Shown here piece by piece: positions 1 to 6,658 of a DNA stretch of 64,000 nucleotides; position 1 is the stretch's first letter, and every line of letters starts with the position of its first letter. The stretch comes from Candidatus Kapaibacterium sp. (GTDB taxonomy: Bacteria; Bacteroidota; Ignavibacteria; Kapaibacteriales; Kapaibacteriaceae). The position numbers and the translations under genes are program-made. The notes under the pieces were generated by a model. It was not told the origin of the DNA. It ran no database searches and was given only the letters and a program-made list of their open reading frames with translations. Where the stretch lies: assembly GCA_044345485.1 (NCBI GenBank), contig JBIJAX010000003.1, positions 2,426-66,425 of the forward strand, in the 5' to 3' direction.

Positions 1-88
1 TCAGAAAGGCAAGTGCCATAAAGCCGATGAAGGTTCTCCACTTTGAGAACACCTTCGACATCTCTACACGATAAGCGGTCAGAATCAT
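1..88 (-). CDS. ABC-2 type transporter permease, N-terminal fragment (runs off window)
   Basis: The reverse-strand ATG at 86-88 overlaps the stop of the upstream ATPase gene (ATGA). The fragment MILTAYRVEMSKVFSKWRTFIGFMALAFL looks like the start of an ABC-2 permease. Confidence 0.5.
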   Translation of the reverse strand, partial: MILTAYRVEMSKVFSKWRTFIGFMALAFL

Positions 89-1002
89 GCAGTCTCCCGT
101 GTAAGCGAGATGAAGTACTCTTCCAGAGATCGCACCGGTGTGACCGCACGAAGAGGAACACCAGCGGTTGCAAGCGCCGCTACAGCCGGTGGAATATCCT
201 GTCGGTTGAGCATGATGATGATCTCTTGATCGGTCGACGATTGTATCCACTCTCCATCTGGTGTTGCGCGCAGCACCTCGAGCGCTCGTGGTACATCAGT
301 TGTCTCGATCGTTACCTTCAGACGTCCTGCATTGAGAAGCTCTTGTACAGATCCTTCAATGATCGTCTTGCCGCGATTGATGATCACCATTCGGTTTGCC
401 GTTAGTTCTACCTCTGGCAGAATGTGTGATGAGAGAAACACGGTCTTCTTATGGTCGTGTGCAAGCTCCAAGATCAGATCGCGCATGTCAACCATGCCCT
501 GGGGGTCGAGTCCGGTAGATGGCTCGTCGAGTACGATCAGGTCCGGATTATGGATCAACGCCTGGGCAAGCCCAAGACGCTGCTTCATGCCATGTGAAAA
601 GGTCTTTACCTTGCTCTCTGCACGTTCACCCAATCCAACAATTCCTAAAACGCGGTTAATGTTTGTTTTTGAAACATCGGCGCCGCTTAACCTTCCGAGT
701 AACTCAAGATTGCGTCGGGCAGATAGGTAATTGTAAAAGTCGGGACGCTCAACGATGGCGCCAACACGGCGCAGAATCTCTGAGCGGTGCTCGTTGAGAG
801 ATTGACCAAAGATGCGAATGTCGCCAGACGTTGGACGTATGAGCGACATCATCATGCGGATCGTTGTGCTTTTGCCAGCCCCATTCGGACCCAGAAAGCC
901 ATAGACATCGCCCTGCTCTACCGTTAGGTTCAAATCACGCACAGCGTGAAACGAGCCATAATGCTTGGCTAGATGCGAAATCTCGATGACGGGTGCGGGC
1001 AT
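85..1002 (-). CDS. ABC transporter ATP-binding protein (ABC-2/CcmA-like exporter)
   Basis: Walker A GPNGAGKST, signature SHGMKQRL, Walker B LIVLDEPSTGLD; 305 aa. Confidence 0.9.
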   Translation of the reverse strand: MPAPVIEISHLAKHYGSFHAVRDLNLTVEQGDVYGFLGPNGAGKSTTIRMMMSLIRPTSGDIRIFGQSLNEHRSEILRRVGAIVERPDFYNYLSARRNLELLGRLSGADVSKTNINRVLGIVGLGERAESKVKTFSHGMKQRLGLAQALIHNPDLIVLDEPSTGLDPQGMVDMRDLILELAHDHKKTVFLSSHILPEVELTANRMVIINRGKTIIEGSVQELLNAGRLKVTIETTDVPRALEVLRATPDGEWIQSSTDQEIIIMLNRQDIPPAVAALATAGVPLRAVTPVRSLEEYFISLTRETA

Positions 1003-1007
1003 ACGAT

Positions 1008-2336
1008 TTACAGCTGCTGCACAGCCTGTTTAAACGCACGGCCGCGCTCTTCGAAGTTGGCAAACATGTCAAACGACTTGCACGCTGGGGAAAACAACAC
1101 AACGTCTTCGTTCTGCGAGATGTCCATCGCAGCTCGCACTGCGTCTTCCAGCGATGCTGCCTTTACACAACGTTTCGTCGTGCACCAGTGATTGAAGATG
1201 GCGTCGGCCTCTTCACCAATGCAGACAATCGCCTTAACGTTGGCCGATACCAAATCGTTCAGGGACGCATAGTCGTTGTTGTCGCCACGTCCGCCTGCAA
1301 TCCACACAATCGGACGATCGTAGCTGGATAGGGCGTACCACGTTGCGTTAACGTTTGTTGCTTTGGAGTCGTTAACAAATCGGACACCTTTTACGATACG
1401 AGTATTCTCGAGACGGTGTTCTACGCCGTTAAACGACATGAGGGAATCGCGGATGTCTTCGTTGCGGACTTCGAAAGCCCGCGCCGCGAGTGTTGCTGCC
1501 ATGGAGTTTGCTGCGTTGTGCACTCCAGGCAATCCAAGACGACGCAATGACATGAGTGTCTCCTCTGAATGCTGCTTGTCTCGGAGTATGATTTCACCCC
1601 CCCGGATGAATGCCCCTTCAACGTCGTGTTCAACACTGAAAAAGCGTACCATACCTCGAGCCACCGATGCTGCGTTTGCTGCATTTGCATCATCGGCATT
1701 CAAAATTACAATGTCATCTTCGTTTTGGTGGCGGACAATTTTCCACTTTGAATTAACGTATTGGGAAAACGTTCCATGATAGGAGAGATGATCCGGTGTG
1801 ATGTTCAGGATCATGCTCACGTACGGACGAAATGTCGTAGTCGTATCGAGCTGATAACTACTACACTCTGTTACAATGATCGTGTCGTCCGATACGCTAC
1901 CGACCAGGCTGCTTAGAGGCGTCCCGATATTACCTGCCGTTACAGCCTTCTTCCCGCATCCCTGCAGAACATGCGCTGTTAGAGCTGTCGTAGTGGTCTT
2001 GCCGTTTGTACCCGTAATAGCAACGATTGGATTGTTCAGAAATCTGCTAGCATATTCCAATTCACCAATTACCTCGATGCCTAGCCGCTCGGCTTCTTGG
2101 CGAAGAGGATTGCTAGGGGGCACCCCTGGCGAGAGAATAATGAGGTCAGATCTAAGGGCTGTGTCGGTATGACCGCTAAACTCATGGTCGATGCCGCGCT
2201 CGCGCAAATGCGCAATGGCCGATGCGCTGGCCTCTTCAGGCTTTGCATCGCTTACAAAAACACTGTGTCCTTGCCGCTGAGCAAGCTCAGCGGCAGCAAT
2301 GCCGCTCTTAGCCGCTCCAATAACGGTAACTCGCAT
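1008..2336 (-). CDS. murD: UDP-N-acetylmuramoylalanine--D-glutamate ligase
   Basis: N-terminal Rossmann VIGAAKSG, Mur ligase P-loop GTNGKTTT, 442 aa, ATG start. Confidence 0.9.
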   Translation of the reverse strand: MRVTVIGAAKSGIAAAELAQRQGHSVFVSDAKPEEASASAIAHLRERGIDHEFSGHTDTALRSDLIILSPGVPPSNPLRQEAERLGIEVIGELEYASRFLNNPIVAITGTNGKTTTTALTAHVLQGCGKKAVTAGNIGTPLSSLVGSVSDDTIIVTECSSYQLDTTTTFRPYVSMILNITPDHLSYHGTFSQYVNSKWKIVRHQNEDDIVILNADDANAANAASVARGMVRFFSVEHDVEGAFIRGGEIILRDKQHSEETLMSLRRLGLPGVHNAANSMAATLAARAFEVRNEDIRDSLMSFNGVEHRLENTRIVKGVRFVNDSKATNVNATWYALSSYDRPIVWIAGGRGDNNDYASLNDLVSANVKAIVCIGEEADAIFNHWCTTKRCVKAASLEDAVRAAMDISQNEDVVLFSPACKSFDMFANFEERGRAFKQAVQQL

Positions 2337-2344
2337 ACGCGAAG

Positions 2345-3379
2345 TTAACTCTTCCGGTTCATCAGAAGTTTCCCGAGCATGCTCATGCGGTGGCGCGCAT
2401 CGGTTTCTGGCAGAGAGCCAAGATGGGCAAATGCCTCAGACGTGCGGTTTTCCACAATGGCTTTGGCATCGGAGATCACGTTGTAGTGATGCATCATATC
2501 GATCACCGCCGGTACGGATTCGCGCGGTAGGCCGTTTTGGGCAAAGAAGGAGTAGATCAGCTCGCGGTGTTCTTCAGTAGCCGAAGTGTTCTCGCGCACG
2601 CGACGGGCGCATTCCAGCACAAGCCATGTGCGCTTGCCTTCGACAATGTCGCCGCCGGGTTGTTTGCCAAACGACTCCGATCCGAACAGATCGAGGATGT
2701 CGTCCTGCACCTGAAACGCAATGCCAATCTCTCGGGCAAACATCCGAAGCGCTTCGACGCGTCCGTTTGTTGCGCCCCCTACATTGGCACCTATCGCTAC
2801 CGACATCTCCAATAGCCGCGCTGTCTTGCGTTCGATCATCGCAAAGTACTCGTCGGTTGTTACATCGGCCCGCTGCATGAAGTCCATATCAAGGGCTTGG
2901 CCGTCGCAGACGTCGATAAGTCCCGTTGAGAACGAATCAACCACATCGAGCGGACGCGGCGCGTGATGTGCGCTGCGCAGAAGCAGGCGCATGGCCATGC
3001 CCATCATCACGTCACCAGAAAGAATCGCTGTGTTGGTGTCCCACTTTACATGCACCGTCTCACGTCCACGACGCTTCGCAGAGCTATCCATGATATCATC
3101 ATGCACCAGCGTAAAGTTGTGCAGCAACTCAACTGCAACAGCAGCAGGGAGTGCAACGGCACGATCGCCGCCGACGCATTCACAAGCGAGTAGAGTAAGC
3201 ACTGGACGTATACGTTTGCCGCCGCCTTCGAAGAGGTAGTGTACCGGATCGTACAGACAGCCGGGCTCGTCGAATTCATCGAGAGCACTCAGGAGGGCCC
3301 CCTCAACTTCTTCGAGGTAGGGGGCTAATTCTTCTTGCGAGGTGTTGGCCATCGGTGCAGCGGTGGTCAATGATGACAT
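2345..3379 (-). CDS. polyprenyl diphosphate synthase (FPP/GGPP synthase family)
   Basis: Aspartate-rich motifs LVHDDIMD (FARM) and FQVQDDILD (SARM). Chain length is not assignable by eye. An alternative ATG lies at 3352; the start at 3379 overlaps the fni stop by 13 nt. Confidence 0.85.
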   Translation of the reverse strand: MSSLTTAAPMANTSQEELAPYLEEVEGALLSALDEFDEPGCLYDPVHYLFEGGGKRIRPVLTLLACECVGGDRAVALPAAVAVELLHNFTLVHDDIMDSSAKRRGRETVHVKWDTNTAILSGDVMMGMAMRLLLRSAHHAPRPLDVVDSFSTGLIDVCDGQALDMDFMQRADVTTDEYFAMIERKTARLLEMSVAIGANVGGATNGRVEALRMFAREIGIAFQVQDDILDLFGSESFGKQPGGDIVEGKRTWLVLECARRVRENTSATEEHRELIYSFFAQNGLPRESVPAVIDMMHHYNVISDAKAIVENRTSEAFAHLGSLPETDARHRMSMLGKLLMNRKS

Positions 3380-4395
3380 ACAATGTTTTCAGTGGTTCGT
3401 AATTGCTCGAGTGAGCCGGACCCTGAAAGAAACATCATTTGTCGGATCTGGAGTTCCCAGCTGCGTACAAGTTGCAAAATTGCCGCGGTTCCACCCTCAT
3501 GTTGTGCAAATAGTATCGGACGCGCTGCTCCGGCCACGGTTGCACCTAATGCCACGGCCTTGGCGATATCCACGCCACACATGATGCCACCAGAGGCAAT
3601 CAGCGTTGGCACGATGCCCCTGCACTGCACAAGGGCTTCTGCCGTGGGTATGCCCACGTCCCAGAGGTGTTCAACGGTATTGGGGTGTGGGTGACGCTTG
3701 ATCTCGACGGCCGACCATGATGTGCCGCCAGCCCCTGCAACATCAATAATGCTCACACCGACCTCTGCCAGACGCTTTGCTACTGACCCCGATATACCTG
3801 CACCAACTTCTTTGATAACTAACGGAACCGGCGAGTGTTCCACAAGCCATGCGATTGCATCGGTTACACCGCGATACTCCGGCTCTCCCTCGGGCTGCGT
3901 GAGCTCCTGCAGCGGATTAAGGTGCACAGCCAATGCCGAGGCGCCGATCAATTCCACTGCAGCATCGACCATATGTGCGAGTGTGCCAGCACGTTTCCAG
4001 CGCACGGCCTGCACAGCGCCGATGTTGGCAAGGATGGGAACGCTACCGGAGAATTGCTTTACAACAGTAAACGACTCCCGATGTTCGTCCGATTCCAGAC
4101 ATGCACGCATCGAGCCAACGCCCATGGCGATGCCGAGCTCGTTGCATGCCTCTGCTAGATCACGGTTAATCCGTGCAGCATCGGGGTATCCCCCTGTCAT
4201 ACCCGTGATCATGAGCGGCAACTTGAGCGTTTTGCCCAGAAACTGCGTCTGCGTAGAGATCTCTGCAAGATCGATCTCGGGAAGTGCATTGTAGACGAAC
4301 TCCCAGTCATCAAAGGACGTCCCTTTGCGACGAAACCGTACGTCTTCCTGCAGCGCTATGCGCACATGATCTTCTTTGCGAGAATGAACAGACAT
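3367..4395 (-). CDS. fni: type 2 (FMN-dependent) isopentenyl-diphosphate delta-isomerase
   Basis: N-terminal RKEDHV, TIM-barrel motifs LMITGMTGG and LIASGGI; 342 aa; adjacent to the polyprenyl synthase. Confidence 0.85.
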   Translation of the reverse strand: MSVHSRKEDHVRIALQEDVRFRRKGTSFDDWEFVYNALPEIDLAEISTQTQFLGKTLKLPLMITGMTGGYPDAARINRDLAEACNELGIAMGVGSMRACLESDEHRESFTVVKQFSGSVPILANIGAVQAVRWKRAGTLAHMVDAAVELIGASALAVHLNPLQELTQPEGEPEYRGVTDAIAWLVEHSPVPLVIKEVGAGISGSVAKRLAEVGVSIIDVAGAGGTSWSAVEIKRHPHPNTVEHLWDVGIPTAEALVQCRGIVPTLIASGGIMCGVDIAKAVALGATVAGAARPILFAQHEGGTAAILQLVRSWELQIRQMMFLSGSGSLEQLRTTENIVCHH

Positions 4396-4406
4396 GCAAT
4401 CCTTGG

Positions 4407-5429
4407 TTATCGTCGAACAACAAACCGCTCGCCAGCTAACTGCGTCACGAACCCTAAAAGTTCAAATTCCAGCAGCTTACTACGCGCACTGGCTACATCA
4501 CATGCAAACATCGCGCAAAACTCATCAAGGTAATGAGGCGCCCCATCATCGATAGACTGTAGCTCCGTGGGCAGTTGCGATAGAGGCAACAGATCGACCT
4601 GCGGCACAACCTTAACCGACGAGCTCGAGAGCAGCATTTCTGCCTTACCTGAAGCGCACAGTGCATTGCAACCCTCGCTTCTGGCCGACGTGATAGGCCC
4701 CGGCGCGGCATAGAGCGGTTTGCCCTGCTGCAGGGCAAACTCTGCCGTGATGAGTGCTCCGCCCCTTGACTTACTCTCAATAACAACAACAGCATCTGAG
4801 AGTGCAGCGATGATTCTATTTCTGGCCGGAAAGGCAGGGGGCAGGGCAGCAACCCCACACGGATGCTCAGAGACTACTGCTCCGTGTCCGCTCGAAATGC
4901 GTCGCGCCAAATCGCTTGCTGTTTTCGGCGTAATGCGATCGATACCACTGGCAATCACCGCAATGGTAGGTGTATTGTTCTGGATGGCAGCCTCATGTGC
5001 GATCGTATCGATACCATTGGCCAGACCGCTCACGATAACCGTCCCGCTGCGAGCCCAGTCTGCCACGAGCATTCTTGTTACCGGCAATCCATACTGATGC
5101 GTACACTGACGTGTACCCACAACCCCCACGCTGTGCATTGCAGCATCGGGCAACGTGCCTGCAACAAACAATACCGACGGCGGATTTGCTATCTGCCGAA
5201 GACGTGAAGGATATGCGGCGTCAACGATCGTAACGATCGTTGCATTATGCTTGGAGCACCGCTCGCGCTGCTCACTACACAGGCGCTCCAGATCTGCGGG
5301 CATTGCCCCCAGCATAGCGAGCGCATCATGCAGCACATCGCATACATGCGCAAGCCGAATGATCTCATCGTTGGTAACGCCGCCCAGAAGTCGCAGCGCA
5401 AGAACATCATCAGAAGACAACATCAGCAT
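4407..5429 (-). CDS. dprA: DNA-processing protein DprA
   Basis: DprA core motifs SGLANGIDTIAHEAA and FPARNRIIAALS; 340 aa. Confidence 0.9.
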   Translation of the reverse strand: MLMLSSDDVLALRLLGGVTNDEIIRLAHVCDVLHDALAMLGAMPADLERLCSEQRERCSKHNATIVTIVDAAYPSRLRQIANPPSVLFVAGTLPDAAMHSVGVVGTRQCTHQYGLPVTRMLVADWARSGTVIVSGLANGIDTIAHEAAIQNNTPTIAVIASGIDRITPKTASDLARRISSGHGAVVSEHPCGVAALPPAFPARNRIIAALSDAVVVIESKSRGGALITAEFALQQGKPLYAAPGPITSARSEGCNALCASGKAEMLLSSSSVKVVPQVDLLPLSQLPTELQSIDDGAPHYLDEFCAMFACDVASARSKLLEFELLGFVTQLAGERFVVRR

Positions 5430-5802
5430 TCCCTTTTATGTCTTAGTGCCGCGAAGGTCAGGGAATGTGAAGGGGGACGGGAAGCACCTTCTCACCTTCT
5501 TCGCTGCGAGCCTCTTGCCCGTGGTGCTTCGATAACAATGGACCAGAGTTCTTGGTAGGGGATGATCTCGGAACATTGAGTTTGAGTTGTGCAGTCTTGT
5601 TTGAAGCCAGGATCATGTGCTCGATCGTTGTCAAGAGCAATGAGTCGATCGAGTCAGATCAACGCGCCACTAACCATGTCTGGTTCGTCCCGTCTATCTG
5701 AACAGTGATTCGCAGAGTTACACAAAGCCAAGATTCCTCCTGTATAAACTGCGGCGGACATCTCGAAGAGCTAACGGGCTACACAAACAAGTACCTTCTC
5801 GG

Positions 5803-6654
5803 CTATTGCTCCGCTTCTCGAAGCGATAAGACGTTTGATTGTTCTTGAACTCGCGTTAAAAATGCTGCGAAGCCATCGCCGCTTGTCAGAGCTCGCGAAT
5901 AGTACCAATCCTCCACGCTGCAGTCGTTGATACCCTCATCGATAGGAGGCGGACCCCACGCATTGAGCGTTTGCCATGGCATGTAAAATGCTGCTCCGTT
6001 GAACGTTCGCCCCAACGGTATGGTTGCTCCTCTGTGCACGATCGATTCATCGGTGGGATGATTGCGTTCTTGCACGCTATCTCTGTGCAGCGCAACTACA
6101 TGGATGCGCTCATGCTGAGAACAAAGTTCACTACACGTGGCGATGAATGGCTCTTGTACAAGCATATCATCGTCCATCACGGTTATACTTTGCGGACGCA
6201 TCAGGGCTGCAATACGCCATGCTTCGTGCACTCCAAATCCTTTTTGCCATTGCGGAACTGTGTCGGGCTGGTGTCGGACAAAGGTGTGCACAATTCCCTG
6301 AGAGCAACGTTCGATTAGTAAGGTCGGCGTAGCATCGGTACTTCCTGCATCGATAACGATGATCTTGGCATGGGGTTCATGGTGTTGAATAGAAACAATT
6401 GTCTTGTCGAGCAGTGCAGCGCGATTTCGCGTTACAATCACAATTACATCAATGTTTGAAGGCTCTGCCAGCAGAGATTGGTATCGCAATCGTGTTTCGA
6501 TGCTTGTTAGTGAATTAACAACCCAGCGACTCATCGTATCCACAACTCTGGTCTGGGCTCTTTTGATGCGCCTAAACAGCAGGATGCTGGAGGTTACAAG
6601 CAACAACAATGAGAGAACGCTTATGACGAGTACGGCTTCAATCATCTGATACAT
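5803..6654 (-). CDS. membrane-anchored GT-A fold glycosyltransferase (family 2-like)
   Basis: N-terminal TM helix (AVLVISVLSLLLLVTSSILLF). GT2-like VIVIVTRNRAALLDKTIVSI ... IIVIDAGSTD and an acidic VMDDDM motif. The ATG sits 4 nt after the upstream stop (TGAGGGGATG). Confidence 0.65.
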   Translation of the reverse strand: MYQMIEAVLVISVLSLLLLVTSSILLFRRIKRAQTRVVDTMSRWVVNSLTSIETRLRYQSLLAEPSNIDVIVIVTRNRAALLDKTIVSIQHHEPHAKIIVIDAGSTDATPTLLIERCSQGIVHTFVRHQPDTVPQWQKGFGVHEAWRIAALMRPQSITVMDDDMLVQEPFIATCSELCSQHERIHVVALHRDSVQERNHPTDESIVHRGATIPLGRTFNGAAFYMPWQTLNAWGPPPIDEGINDCSVEDWYYSRALTSGDGFAAFLTRVQEQSNVLSLREAEQ

Positions 6655-6658
6655 CCCC

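Noticed and set aside
3698-4294. Long shadow ORFs antisense to or out of frame with well-supported genes. Examples: 3698-4294(+), 19001-19537(+), 23925-24557(-), 25731-26264(-), 28064-28756(-), 32957-33505(+), 35268-35774(-), 53868-54410(-), 55329-55856(-), 56697-57452(-), 57670-58203(-).
   Set aside because: Each lies entirely inside a gene with strong family motifs. Their translations are Arg/Ser/Cys/Ala-rich low-complexity strings without recognisable domains. This is typical of spurious ORFs in moderately GC-rich DNA.
5451-5493. GGTCAGG...GAAGG...GGAAGCA string resembling the SRP (4.5S) RNA domain IV consensus
   Set aside because: The required GNRA-capped helix (UCC-GGAA-GGA type) and complementary strands are not present. 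The resemblance is limited to scattered purine runs.
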